The notes beneath the pieces are model-generated. The model saw nothing but the letters and a program-made list of their open reading frames with translations. It was not told the origin of the DNA and made no database searches. Below are positions 47,914-58,045 of a DNA stretch of 64,000 nucleotides, piece by piece. The stretch is taken from positions 64,001-128,000 of the forward strand of contig JBMNJG010000011.1 of the NCBI GenBank assembly GCA_050951545.1, in the 5' to 3' direction. The stretch comes from Limnochordia bacterium (lineage in GTDB: Bacteria > Bacillota > Limnochordia > DTU080). The position numbers and the translations under genes are program-made. Within the stretch, counting starts at the first letter, position 1. Every line of letters starts with the position of its first letter.

Positions 47914-48789
47914 ATGCGCATAGCTTGCCTACTTTGGGAGGGGAACGAGCGACTGGGGATCCTAGACTGTGAGGGTCAGCAAATAGCAGTGAAAGCACTA
48001 TCGCCGCAGGAGTATTGGGCGACGAGTTTCTTGGAGCGTTCGAAGACACTAGCTGGAGCCAGAACTGTTGTGAACTTGTCGGTAACTGAGGCTGAGTTAC
48101 TTCCACCGGTGCCGCGGCCCCCGAAACTGCTATGCGTGGCTGTTAACTACTTGGAGCACATGCGCGAAACAGGTAGGCACGAATCAGTGGGCGATGTGCG
48201 TCCGCAGCTATTCATGAAGCCGCCCACGACCTCGCTTCGCGCTCACAAGGCCACCGTCTATCTGCCGCTCACGACTCAGCACTTCGACTACGAGGCAGAA
48301 CTCGCAGTGGTCATCGGTGACTACCTTTACCAGCCAGCCGATCATGAGGCGGCAATGGAGGCGGTGGCAGGCTACTCGGCGTTCAATGATCTGTCGGAGC
48401 GGAAGCTTAAGGTAGACCCTCGCGAGGACACGCGTGACAACACCCCGTTCTTCGACTGGCTAGCTGGGAAGTGGATCAATGGAAGTGCCCCTATGGGTCC
48501 ATGGCTAGTGACCCCCGATGAGATTCCTGATCCCCAGGATCTCACTCTACAGCTATTTCTCAACGGTGAGCTTATGCAGTCATCTTCGACGGCAGCTATG
48601 ATGTGCTCGGTAGCTGATATTGTCTGGTACGCCTCTCAGATCATGACCTTGGAGCCCGGCGACATCATCGCTACAGGCACTCCGGCGGGCGTGGGCATCT
48701 CCAGGCGGATTGCATTGAAGCCGGGTGACACCACTGACGTTGTGATCGAGAAGATTGGTACCTTGACCACCACGTTTGCGGGCGAGTGA
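47914..48789 (+). CDS. Fumarylacetoacetate hydrolase family protein
   Basis: LCVAVNYLEH, DYEAELAVVIG, NDLSER, MGPWLVT and PGDIIATGTPAGVG motifs. Confidence 0.93.
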   Translation: MRIACLLWEGNERLGILDCEGQQIAVKALSPQEYWATSFLERSKTLAGARTVVNLSVTEAELLPPVPRPPKLLCVAVNYLEHMRETGRHESVGDVRPQLFMKPPTTSLRAHKATVYLPLTTQHFDYEAELAVVIGDYLYQPADHEAAMEAVAGYSAFNDLSERKLKVDPREDTRDNTPFFDWLAGKWINGSAPMGPWLVTPDEIPDPQDLTLQLFLNGELMQSSSTAAMMCSVADIVWYASQIMTLEPGDIIATGTPAGVGISRRIALKPGDTTDVVIEKIGTLTTTFAGE

Positions 48790-48815
48790 TTCGCATGGCG
48801 CAAGGAGGGGTGTCG

Positions 48816-50447
48816 ATGTCTGAGCGCGTATCTGCAGTGGCTACGCAGCCAGTACAGTGGAGCTATATCTCTGGAAAGGCCTACGATGATCCGTTCAGTG
48901 CTGTAGACCTGGATGTCTTGTTCGTCGATGTGGCAGGACATGAATGGCGAGTACCAGCTTTCTGGGCTGGCGACATGACATGGTGCGTGCGCTTTGCGCC
49001 ACCGCACACCGGCACCTTTCAGTTTCGGACTGTCTGCTCGGACGCGACCAATTCAGATCTGCATGATCATCGTGGTCTCTTGGAAGCTGGCCCGTATCGA
49101 GGGGAGAACCCGCTTTTTGTTCATGGCGGCCTACGCGTGAGCGAGAATGCACGTCACTTGCAGCATAGTGATGGTATGCCGTTTTTTTGGCTGGCTGACA
49201 CATGGTGGATGGCTCTGAGCAAGCGCCTGGTCTGGCCCGATGAGTTTCAGCTGTTGGTAGAAGACCGCAAGCGCAAAGGGTTTACTGTCATTCAGCTGGT
49301 CGCTGGGCTCTTTCCCGACATGGCGCCGCTAGACACGCGTTCAGCAAATGAGGCTGGGCTGGCTTGGACGTCGGGGTTCGCTCAGGTGAGGCCAGCCTAC
49401 TTTGACATGGCGGATCTACGCATACAGTTTTTGGTTAGGATGGGCTTGGTACCGTGTATAGTGGGCTGTTGGGGGTATTATTTGCCTTTCATGGGCATGG
49501 AGGCGGTGCGCCTTCACTGGCGCTATCTGGTGGCTCGTTACGCGGCCTATCCGGTGGTCTGGTGTGTGGCAGGCGAGGCTGCCATGCCGTACTATCTATC
49601 CACTGATAAAAAGAGGGATCGGGCTAGTCAGGTAGCTGGCTGGAGTACAATCGCTCGCTATGTACGGCAAATAGACCCTTTTCGGCGTCCGCTGACTGTC
49701 CATCCAACGGATGCGTCACGCAATCAGATTGACGACGCGTCTGTGCTGGACTTCGAGATGTTACAGACAGGTCACGGGGGGCACGAAAGCATCGCTAACA
49801 CTGTGGAGGCCATTGTAGAGGCTGTGGCGCGTCCGCCGAGAATGCCGGTGGTCAGCGCTGAGGTCTGCTATGAGGGCATCTTTGGGGGAAGTCATGAGGA
49901 AGTACAGCGCATCGTTTTCTGGGCGAGTCTGCTCTCCGGTGCGGCAGGGCATACCTACGGCGCCAACGGTCTCTGGCAGTTTAACCGGCGTGAGCTGCCC
50001 TTTGGCCCGTCACCGCATGGGGCTAGCTGGGGCAACACGTCGTGGGATGAAGCCATGGGTCTACCAGGTTCCGTCCACGTCGGAATAGGCAAAGCGATCC
50101 TGGAGCGCTTTGCGTGGTGGCGACTCGAGCCTCATTCTGAGTGGGTGGAGCCTTGTGCAGGGCCGCACAACTACAAGGCAGCCTATGCTGCGGGCATTCC
50201 GGGCGAGGTTCGCCTCTTTTACTTTCCCACACCGATCTGCCCTTGGTCGCGGCCGGTTCTGCTTAAGGCTCTCGAGGCAGATACTACCTATGAAGCCACA
50301 TGGGTGGACCCCAGAACGGGGGCGGATGCTCCTCTCGGCACGGTAACGCCGAACCCCGACGGGCAGTGGCGAGTGCCCTATCCACCCACCCTGGAGGACT
50401 GGGTGCTGGTGCTTCAGTCCACAGCGGGTACCGCCAGGCGTGCTTAG
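48816..50447 (+). CDS. DUF5060/DUF4038 apiosidase-like glycoside hydrolase
   Basis: WCVRFAPP.TG, DGMPFFWLADTWW, WRYLVARYAAYPVVWCVAGE, QTGH, EVCYEG and GHTYGANG motifs. Confidence 0.82.
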   Translation: MSERVSAVATQPVQWSYISGKAYDDPFSAVDLDVLFVDVAGHEWRVPAFWAGDMTWCVRFAPPHTGTFQFRTVCSDATNSDLHDHRGLLEAGPYRGENPLFVHGGLRVSENARHLQHSDGMPFFWLADTWWMALSKRLVWPDEFQLLVEDRKRKGFTVIQLVAGLFPDMAPLDTRSANEAGLAWTSGFAQVRPAYFDMADLRIQFLVRMGLVPCIVGCWGYYLPFMGMEAVRLHWRYLVARYAAYPVVWCVAGEAAMPYYLSTDKKRDRASQVAGWSTIARYVRQIDPFRRPLTVHPTDASRNQIDDASVLDFEMLQTGHGGHESIANTVEAIVEAVARPPRMPVVSAEVCYEGIFGGSHEEVQRIVFWASLLSGAAGHTYGANGLWQFNRRELPFGPSPHGASWGNTSWDEAMGLPGSVHVGIGKAILERFAWWRLEPHSEWVEPCAGPHNYKAAYAAGIPGEVRLFYFPTPICPWSRPVLLKALEADTTYEATWVDPRTGADAPLGTVTPNPDGQWRVPYPPTLEDWVLVLQSTAGTARRA

Positions 50448-51199
50448 GACGGCGGTAGTCCCTTTAGGCGATATATGGAGGCCGCAGTCTTTCCAAGGCA
50501 CCAGCACAGTTGCTCCGCTGACAGGCGGGCAGTGCGCAACTTGGTCAGCTCCGTGGCGGCGTTGTCGGCGTGGTCCGAACCAAACAGCAGCCTGTGGGCA
50601 CCCAGATTCTCAGCGAAATGACGTACTAGGAAGCCGCCAGTCCAGGAGGTCTCAAGGTATACGTTCGGGCAGTAGGTGGCGACTGTCAAGGCTTCGCTCG
50701 CCATGAGCATATGGCCAGCATGAGCCATGACTATGCGGACATCAGGGAATTGTCGAGCCACAGGTAGAATGTTCGCTGGTAGTGCCCAGGGGATGCCGGC
50801 TCCGGTGTGGATCATCACAGGAATACCGAGCTCTTGAGCGAGGCCAAAGACCATTCTCCCAGCGGCAGAGTCTGGGCTCAGGCAATGACCGTGTGGATGA
50901 AGCTTCACTCCCACAAAGCCTAGCGTCGTGGTGCATCTACGTAGCTCAGCACTGTACTCCTTTTCCGGCAGGTGAGGGTTGGGGTTGGCCATACCGCAAA
51001 AGCGGCCTGGAAAGGCGCATGCCAATTCGGCAATGGCATCGTGTTGCTTCTGGACTGTCCTCAGATCGTGACATATGCCAGGCTGCACAATCGTTGTGTC
51101 GATGCCGTTGGTTTCCTGGCTCTGCAGGAGTTCATCCTTGGTGAAATCATCCTCGAAAACAGTGTCCCAACCTAGATGGGCGTGCACGTCAATGATCAT
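50444..51199 (-). CDS. Amidohydrolase_2 family metal-dependent hydrolase
   Basis: IIDVHAH, GVKLHP, IHTG, MAHAG and LFGSD motifs. Confidence 0.9.
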   Translation of the reverse strand: MIIDVHAHLGWDTVFEDDFTKDELLQSQETNGIDTTIVQPGICHDLRTVQKQHDAIAELACAFPGRFCGMANPNPHLPEKEYSAELRRCTTTLGFVGVKLHPHGHCLSPDSAAGRMVFGLAQELGIPVMIHTGAGIPWALPANILPVARQFPDVRIVMAHAGHMLMASEALTVATYCPNVYLETSWTGGFLVRHFAENLGAHRLLFGSDHADNAATELTKLRTARLSAEQLCWCLGKTAASIYRLKGLPPS

Positions 51200-51938
51200 C
51201 TTGGTGATCCCTCGATTCCTTTCTGGCTAGGGTTGGGTCTGGAATCGAGCGCCGCCAGACGTCTAAGGACTCCTGTAATGCGGCTTCAGCAATAGAGACA
51301 TCCCTTTTGCGAATGGCATCTACGAGCATGCGGTGATGGCTGATGGCGATGCGGCCTCTTTCTTGATGGGCATGGCTGTGGCGCAGGGATCGCGAAAAGA
51401 CCACATAGATCTCTGTGATCAACTCTCGGATAAGCGCGTTGCCGGAAGCCGCGGCCATCAGATCGTGACACTCCAGGTCAAGGGCGGCCATCTCCTCGGG
51501 ACCAGCCTGTCGTTGTCCAGCCTCCGCCATGCGATCGATTGCCCTCTCCATCTCGCTAAGGTCTACCGCATCGGCGTTGGCGATGGCCATGCGCAGAATC
51601 AGTGATTCCATTTCATAGCGGAACTCGAACCATTGTTCGACGGACTCTGTCGTGAACAACAGGCGGAAGACCAAGGGATTGACGATGGCCGGCTTGGGCT
51701 CAGAGGCCACAAAGGTACCCTCGCTACGTCTGATCTCAAGGATCCCCATGAACTGAAGCACCTTAATCGCTTCACGGATGGGGGTGCGACTCACTTGCCA
51801 GATCTCACACAGTTCATTTTCCGTAGGTAGCTTATCTCCTGGACGGAGTTCTCCATCCATAAGAGCGTGCCAGATGCGCTCAATTACCTGACGAGTTACC
51901 GACGATCGGGCTAGAGGCGTTCCGAGGGCCAAGATCAA
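51189..51938 (-). CDS. FadR/GntR family transcriptional regulator
   Basis: LRPGDKLPTENEL..VSRTPIREAIKVL..GTFV followed by an FCD domain. Confidence 0.92.
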   Translation of the reverse strand: MILALGTPLARSSVTRQVIERIWHALMDGELRPGDKLPTENELCEIWQVSRTPIREAIKVLQFMGILEIRRSEGTFVASEPKPAIVNPLVFRLLFTTESVEQWFEFRYEMESLILRMAIANADAVDLSEMERAIDRMAEAGQRQAGPEEMAALDLECHDLMAAASGNALIRELITEIYVVFSRSLRHSHAHQERGRIAISHHRMLVDAIRKRDVSIAEAALQESLDVWRRSIPDPTLARKESRDHQDDH

Positions 51939-51984
51939 CCATCCCTTCACATCCTCAGGGCATCGTGCACGTGCTATACCCCTA

Positions 51985-52141
51985 GGTAATATGTAATACG
52001 ATATGCGGGATGTTTTCCCTTTGTCGACCCAGAAGCTCTGCTGTTGTTTCGGGGGGCGACTCATTTCCATCACATGAAGGCAGGAAATTGGTGCGGGGGA
52101 ATGTAATAACTGCATAGAAAGGTATTATGTACTACGTAATG
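51985..52141. promoter_or_regulatory. Pair of candidate GntR/FadR operators in the divergent promoter region
   Basis: GGTAATATGTAATACGATATG (51985) and GGTATTATGTACTACGTAATG (52121); the second contains the palindrome ATTAnGTAnTACnTAAT. Confidence 0.6.
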
Positions 52142-52205
52142 TGTAGGTCAGGCTGAACTGCAGAGGCGCATCTCACGGCGAGATGAGTAGAAGGAGGCAG
52201 TGGCA

Positions 52206-53468
52206 ATGTCGTTGAGACGTGTACTGGCGTTGATGGCGCTGACACTGATGGCCGTCGGACTGCTAGCAGCAGTGGAAGTTCAGGGACGGGAATCTGTAAC
52301 GCTATTGGTTCACTGGCCCAAGGGTGCTGATGGTTTCAATGCGCTGGAAGAGCAGGTCAATGAGTATGCCCAGCTCAACCCGAGTGTCACTATGGACTTG
52401 ATCTCAGCTTCAGGGGGCAACATTTGGGAGAAGTACATTACCATGCTGGCTGGCGGCGTGGCGCCCGATGCCGTGCACGCCGTGCTGAACTCGGTATCAA
52501 ACCTCGACATGCTCATGCCACTACCGGAAGCAGTGGCTCAGCGCATGCGCAAGGAGTATTTGCCAGCTTCGCTATCGTTGGCAGAACGCAGCGGTAGGAT
52601 CATGGGCTTTCCCACAGAATTCCAGACCGCAGGCATCGTCTACAACAAGCAGATCTTTGCCGAAAGAGGCGTAGCAGGGGCTCCTACACCTGCCAGCTGG
52701 GATGAGTACTACCGGTTGGCTAAGAAGCTTACGCTGAAAGATAGCGATGGCTCTACACTCGTGTGGGGGGCCGAGAGCCAACGCACCTATGTAGAGATTG
52801 TCTCCTATCTTAGCAGCAACGGATATGCCATCATGACTCCAGACGGCAAGCCCCAGCTCAACTCGCCACACGTCATTGATTTCGTTGCTAGGCTGAAGGA
52901 GCTATATGACGAAGGGGTGCTTGCGTGGAATGCCGGGGCACCTACCTCTACGGGCAGGGCGGCCATGGCCTACTGGGAGCCTTGGTTTCGGGTATACGTT
53001 CGCCAGGCCCGTCCCGATCTAGAGAGTTCCATCGGGGTCTCTCCTGTACCGTACGGAAAACTGGGGACTTCCCATGCCTTCGCCTATGGGTACCAGTGGT
53101 GTATCATGCAGGCCTCACAGAACGCCAGCAGTACTCTCAAGTTTCTACAGTGGCTTTGCATGCAGCGCACTGACGAAGGCACTACGCGCATGGGAAACGT
53201 GATGGCGACTCTAGGCTCACTACCCAACACCTACGCTGATCTGACAAACCAGCCCTCTGCAAAGGATCCATTTGTCACGGGATACATGAAGATCGTCAAT
53301 GACCAAGTCCACGTCAAGATCCCCAATTTCCCGGGCGCCAACCAGTGGGAAAACGTGCTCGTTCCGCAGATTGGGCGGATATTTCGGGATCTGGTCACGG
53401 TCATAGAAGGCCTGGAGCAGGCACAGACAGACTGGAAGGCGAGGATCGCTGAGGCGACCGCGCGCTAG
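52206..53468 (+). CDS. Carbohydrate ABC transporter solute-binding protein
   Basis: MLAGGVAPD, IMGFP, VYNKQIFAE and SWDEYYRLAKKLT motifs; no lipobox. Confidence 0.9.
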   Translation: MSLRRVLALMALTLMAVGLLAAVEVQGRESVTLLVHWPKGADGFNALEEQVNEYAQLNPSVTMDLISASGGNIWEKYITMLAGGVAPDAVHAVLNSVSNLDMLMPLPEAVAQRMRKEYLPASLSLAERSGRIMGFPTEFQTAGIVYNKQIFAERGVAGAPTPASWDEYYRLAKKLTLKDSDGSTLVWGAESQRTYVEIVSYLSSNGYAIMTPDGKPQLNSPHVIDFVARLKELYDEGVLAWNAGAPTSTGRAAMAYWEPWFRVYVRQARPDLESSIGVSPVPYGKLGTSHAFAYGYQWCIMQASQNASSTLKFLQWLCMQRTDEGTTRMGNVMATLGSLPNTYADLTNQPSAKDPFVTGYMKIVNDQVHVKIPNFPGANQWENVLVPQIGRIFRDLVTVIEGLEQAQTDWKARIAEATAR

Positions 53469-53573
53469 GGGCCTGCCAGATGTGCCACGACAATGTGAGT
53501 GAGGGAGATCCGAGCGGGTCCACAGGCGGACCCGCTCGGCAGGCTATGGCTTGAGGCATCCGCACCATAGGCT

Positions 53574-54134
53574 CTAGCGCCCGAAACCAAGTTTCCTCAG
53601 ATGGCCGTCTAAGGCCTCCTTCTCAGCCGCTTCGCTGAGGTACTCCCAGTCGACGTCTTCACCGTGGAGGGTCAGCAAACGCGTTACCCATTCGCCGTCG
53701 CTTTCCGATTGCCAGTGCACGTATGCCCTCAGACGATCTAAGACGAGATCCTCGATGCCGATCACGTATGCTGTTAGCCCATCGATCTCAACTTCAGTGA
53801 CTCTGTCAAGACTCCCCGCAAGGGTATCATCAGGGATCTCCACAACGAGGCTGAGCGTCTCGTGATACCAGTGCCGCAAACTGGCACTGCGCTTGAAGCC
53901 TAAGTCCTCCAACTGATCAAGAGCCTCTCGTCGATTTGAGCAGACAAGATCGATATCATAGGTCATATACGCCCCAAAGCTGTAGAACTCAACGGCTGTT
54001 CCCCCTACGATGATGGGCCGAATGTCTCGGTCCTTCAGGGCCTCCGTCCAGACAGCGACAATGAAGAGAGCTCGTTCTAGACGATCAGCGATCTTGGCGG
54101 CTTTTTCTATCTCATCATGATGGTCGGTCGACAT
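53574..54134 (-). CDS. DUF6036-like nucleotidyltransferase
   Basis: IIVGGTAVEFYS.GAYMTYDIDLV and IGIEDLVLDRL motifs. Confidence 0.75.
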   Translation of the reverse strand: MSTDHHDEIEKAAKIADRLERALFIVAVWTEALKDRDIRPIIVGGTAVEFYSFGAYMTYDIDLVCSNRREALDQLEDLGFKRSASLRHWYHETLSLVVEIPDDTLAGSLDRVTEVEIDGLTAYVIGIEDLVLDRLRAYVHWQSESDGEWVTRLLTLHGEDVDWEYLSEAAEKEALDGHLRKLGFGR

Positions 54135-54360
54135 GGAGCCTGAACCTCCTAGGCGCCACACGTTCTAACTTGCCACTGGCGAGAGCCGCGTCCCAGCGAT
54201 CCTGTGCCAGCCGGTCGAGCAAGCCTACCTCACGAGAGTCTCTGGGGCGACGCCGCACCGCAGGCCGATCGCGCTCAGCTTTTTGCCAGATAAACCAAGC
54301 CTGGCGAAAGCGGGCTTGGTGCGCCGCTACATAATCATGGTACGAGCATTTCCGGCGCAT
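54115..54360 (-). CDS. Small basic protein overlapping the nucleotidyltransferase start
   Basis: RBS GGAGG; 81 aa; 20-bp overlap with the downstream gene. Confidence 0.6.
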   Translation of the reverse strand: MRRKCSYHDYVAAHQARFRQAWFIWQKAERDRPAVRRRPRDSREVGLLDRLAQDRWDAALASGKLERVAPRRFRLHVDRPS

Positions 54361-54557
54361 GATAGATCGCCTCCTAGTGCCGGGACGAGGACTTCTTTGA
54401 TTATACCACGCAAATGGGGGCCATGGACTAGGGTGAAAGGAGCAGGAGAAACCGACTCCAAGGGCAATGAGTACACCGATGATCACCAAAACTAGCATAG
54501 AGGCGTTCGAACCTTGGCGGCTGATGCTTGTGCAGGGGCATTCCAGAGAGGAGCATA

Positions 54558-55844
54558 GTGTTGTCCCTTTTCTTTGACGTATTTCCGAAGATCGTTCCAG
54601 TCAACAAGCCAGTGGATATCACCATACGAGCATTATTTGACCACGCTCAGTTCGATCAAGCCACTCGGTATGAGATCAGTCTCTTTCCTGCTGAGGGATT
54701 TGCGGCTCCCGAGGATGGACAGCGAGCGCAGCGTATGCAGCTGCAGCCGCAAGATGGTGCCCTGCGGGTTCCCGTATGCTGCGACGATGAACAGGAGTAC
54801 GTAATATGGATTGAGCGAGTCTCGGGTGAGACGCGCAGTGCCGTCGGTGAGTTCAGGATCTATGCGTTGCGCGAGGATCTGTTCAGCCGCTATCCTTTCA
54901 AAGGCGACTTTCACATGCACAGCAATCGCTCGGATGGTCGGGAGTGTCCAGGGTACGTAGCTGGTGCGTGTCGACGCATAGGGCTGGACTTCATGGCGCT
55001 AACGGATCATCATCGCTATCAGCCATCTCTCGAGGCGGCCAAGGCGCATGCGCGAACGGAGATTGATCTGCGCATCTACCCTGGTGAGGAGGTGCATCCT
55101 CCAGAGACCAGCGTCCACATCGTGAATTTCGGCGGAGATCACAGCGTTAACGGTCTCTTCTCTGGTGACTCTTTCCGCACCGGCGTGGCAGCGCTGGCGG
55201 AGGGTTTCTGCGACATCCCGCCAGCCTATCGCTATCAGTACGCGGCCTGTGTCTGGTCCTTTGAGCAGATTCGGGCGGGTGGTGGACTCGCCATTTTCTG
55301 CCACCCCTATTGGTTTACGGGGCATCGGTACGACGTGCCCGAAGCCCTGACCACACTCCTGTTTGATCGTCAGCCTTTTGACGCGTATGAGGTGATTGGC
55401 GGCTTCTATCGTCACCAGGCAGAATCCAACATACTCCAGGTCACCAGATACCACGAAGAGCGCGCCCGGGGGTGCCAGATCCCCATCGTTGGGGCCAGTG
55501 ACGCTCACGGATGCGAAAGAGGGGAGCTATTTGGCTGGTACTACACAATTGTATTCTCACCCTCAGCAGACCTACCAGCGGTAATAGCCAATGTCAAGGA
55601 GCTTAACTCCGTGGCCGTCGAAGCAATTCCCGGAACACCGGCCCGCGCCCATGGCCCCTTCCGTCTGGTGAAGTATGCACAGTTCTTGCTGCGTGAAGTT
55701 TTCCCGGGTCACGATGAGCTCTGCGCCGGGGAGGGGCGTCTGATGCTAGCCCACTTGGCTGGAGACGAGCAAGCCGCTGAGCAGTTAGCCAGGTGCAAGG
55801 GGCAGGTTCGCCAGTATTACGAGCACCTGTGGGCTCGAGCCTGA
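54558..55844 (+). CDS. PHP-domain metallo-phosphoesterase-like protein
   Basis: KGDFHMHSNRSDG, LTDHH, PGEEVH, CHPYW and GASDAH motifs. Confidence 0.85.
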   Translation: MLSLFFDVFPKIVPVNKPVDITIRALFDHAQFDQATRYEISLFPAEGFAAPEDGQRAQRMQLQPQDGALRVPVCCDDEQEYVIWIERVSGETRSAVGEFRIYALREDLFSRYPFKGDFHMHSNRSDGRECPGYVAGACRRIGLDFMALTDHHRYQPSLEAAKAHARTEIDLRIYPGEEVHPPETSVHIVNFGGDHSVNGLFSGDSFRTGVAALAEGFCDIPPAYRYQYAACVWSFEQIRAGGGLAIFCHPYWFTGHRYDVPEALTTLLFDRQPFDAYEVIGGFYRHQAESNILQVTRYHEERARGCQIPIVGASDAHGCERGELFGWYYTIVFSPSADLPAVIANVKELNSVAVEAIPGTPARAHGPFRLVKYAQFLLREVFPGHDELCAGEGRLMLAHLAGDEQAAEQLARCKGQVRQYYEHLWARA

Positions 55845-55879
55845 CACGACAGTCATTGCTTGGCTGGGGCTGGCCCCTC

Positions 55880-56527
55880 CTATTTCCCTTGGGTGACAGC
55901 CCCAGCTACGCGTGGGTGAGATAAGGCGGTTCTTTCCTCGAGCACCCGGGCAAAGGATTCCACTTCGGCGGATGACGTGAGCCTGATAAACCGGATATGG
56001 CTCCAACGCGGGTCTGTGAAGTGCGCGAGCATGCTCCGGCGCTTGCGTGCATGCTGAGAGATGATCCACCACAGCAAAGAGTCTTCTTTGCGCCAGAGCA
56101 TCAACTGTGGCCAGAAACGTTCGTGATTTGTACCCCACAGCAGCTCCTTGGAGCGCCAACGCCGCCATGAGCGCCTGAGTACGCGCCACACAAGCTGGGG
56201 GAGGGGGAGGTCAAGCCAGATCACAGTCTGCAGGCGCGGCCAAAAGACGCGCTGGCAAAACCGGCTGTAGGAACCTGCCACAACCCAGCCCTCGCCGACC
56301 GTGGCCTCTCGAATGCGCCGCTCGAACTCCTCGGGGTTGGTAGCGTTGAGAGCAACCCAGTCGGGCTTCCAGTTTAGCGCATCTAACTCAACGAATGCTA
56401 CGCCAAGCGCACGCGCCAGTCGGGAGCCCAAAGTACTCTTTCCGGAACAGCTGTTCCCGATCACGTGCACCCGAGCTCCGATTGGTGAACAAGCGGCGGA
56501 GTGCCTAGTATCAAGCGGTCTATCCAA
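55880..56527 (-). CDS. Adenylate-kinase-like P-loop protein (FlaR/topology-modulation type)
   Basis: IGNSCSGKSTL, ELDALNWKPDW and WVVAGSY..IWLDLP motifs. Confidence 0.8.
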   Translation of the reverse strand: MDRPLDTRHSAACSPIGARVHVIGNSCSGKSTLGSRLARALGVAFVELDALNWKPDWVALNATNPEEFERRIREATVGEGWVVAGSYSRFCQRVFWPRLQTVIWLDLPLPQLVWRVLRRSWRRWRSKELLWGTNHERFWPQLMLWRKEDSLLWWIISQHARKRRSMLAHFTDPRWSHIRFIRLTSSAEVESFARVLEERTALSHPRVAGAVTQGK

Positions 56528-56542
56528 TGTGGTCCAGGCTCC

Positions 56543-57769
56543 TCACGTTCTTGTCTTGGCCGCCGCTTCTTTCACAGTCTTGGCAAACAGACGCCCGTAC
56601 TCGGCAGCTTCAGCCAAGGCAGCGGCGTCGGGTACCAGCTTCGTACGAAATCCTGGTTCCACGATCTTAAGCCCAAGGCTCTTGAGGCGATCGTTGATCA
56701 TTTTGACAGCTTCTCCACTCCAACCGTACGAGCCAAAGGCACCAGCCAGCTTGCCCCTGTTCTTCAGGGCAGACATGCTGATGAGGACATCCCATACTGG
56801 TTTGAGGGCATCCCGGTTGATGGTAGGCGACCCCAGGAGCACTGCATCGGACTGGTCGATGTGGGCGATAACGTCAGCGGGCTCGCTTTCGGAAACGTCC
56901 ATCATGGTCACGCCCAGACCCGCTTCCTTCACTGCAGAGGCCATCACCTGGGCGATCTTGCCCGTATTACCGTAGGCAGATACGTAACCTACGAAGATCC
57001 TCTGGGGATCGTTGTGGTATAGACAGCCTCTTGCCCAGTTCTCGACACGTTCCACCGTCTCCCACGGTGCTTGACGCAGAATAGGACCGTGACCCGGGCA
57101 GATGGCATCGATTTGGAGGTTACGGATCTTCTCGATAGCCTCGAGCATGTGACTGGCAAAGGGACTCATAATCACGTCGAAGTAGTACTCCTGTGCCGGC
57201 ACCAGATCCGTTACGACAAGGTCGTTGAACATACGCTCGTCACAGTAGTGGCAGCCAAACACGTCCCCTGGGAAGAGAATCCGGTCCTCAGGGAGATAGG
57301 TAAACATCGAGTCTGGCCAATGGAGGAAAGGGGCGGAGATGAACTGCAGGCTCTTGTCGCCCAGATCGATGATGTCCCCGTCGGTCACCACACGACAGGG
57401 GAAATCGGCATTCACAATCTCCTTCAGAAATGTAGACGCGGCGCGTGAACAAACGACAGTGGCGTTGACGGCTTGAGCGAGAAAATCGCCCAAGGCACCC
57501 GAATGATCGGGTTCGGCATGGTTGATCACGATGTAGTCGATGCTCTTGGGATCAATGACTTGACGTAACGTCTCGAGATGGGCAGCACCGAAGACATCCT
57601 TGACTACCTCGATGAGGGCCCGCTTCTGGGTACCTTCCACAAGAAACGAGTTGTAAGTGGTTCCCCAGCGGGTCTCCATGATCACGTCGAAAATCCGTAG
57701 GTCAGGGTCTAGGGCTCCTACCCAGTGGACTACTCCATCCACAATCTTGATGGGACTTACCTTCCTCAT
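56543..57769 (-). CDS. fprA: Flavodiiron protein (FprA / A-type flavoprotein)
   Basis: GTTYNSFL, NHAEPDHSG, LHWPDSM, PGHG; flavodoxin domain SAYGNT and FGSYGWSGEA. Confidence 0.95.
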   Translation of the reverse strand: MRKVSPIKIVDGVVHWVGALDPDLRIFDVIMETRWGTTYNSFLVEGTQKRALIEVVKDVFGAAHLETLRQVIDPKSIDYIVINHAEPDHSGALGDFLAQAVNATVVCSRAASTFLKEIVNADFPCRVVTDGDIIDLGDKSLQFISAPFLHWPDSMFTYLPEDRILFPGDVFGCHYCDERMFNDLVVTDLVPAQEYYFDVIMSPFASHMLEAIEKIRNLQIDAICPGHGPILRQAPWETVERVENWARGCLYHNDPQRIFVGYVSAYGNTGKIAQVMASAVKEAGLGVTMMDVSESEPADVIAHIDQSDAVLLGSPTINRDALKPVWDVLISMSALKNRGKLAGAFGSYGWSGEAVKMINDRLKSLGLKIVEPGFRTKLVPDAAALAEAAEYGRLFAKTVKEAAAKTRT

Positions 57770-57792
57770 GAACCTTCCTCCATGTTGCAGAC

Positions 57793-57960
57793 TTAGTCGA
57801 GAGGCTCAAAGCTATCCTTGTCGGCACCGCATTCCGGACAGACCCAGTCATCCGGTAGGTCACCAAAAGGGGTGCCGGGGGCGATGCTGCTACCAGCGTC
57901 ACCCTTGGCCGGGTCGTAGACATAGCCACAGACTGTGCACTCATACTTCGTCTTGTCCAT
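57793..57960 (-). CDS. Rubredoxin
   Basis: [14 protein letters not shown]...[18 protein letters not shown]; RBS AGGAG. Confidence 0.96.
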   Translation of the reverse strand: MDKTKYECTVCGYVYDPAKGDAGSSIAPGTPFGDLPDDWVCPECGADKDSFEPLD

Positions 57961-58045
57961 GGGATCACACTCCTGTGAAAGCCTTTTACACTGCGGCCTC
58001 GACTCTCGCGTGTGCTTGGCCGCCGACACGCGTATTCCTCAGTGC

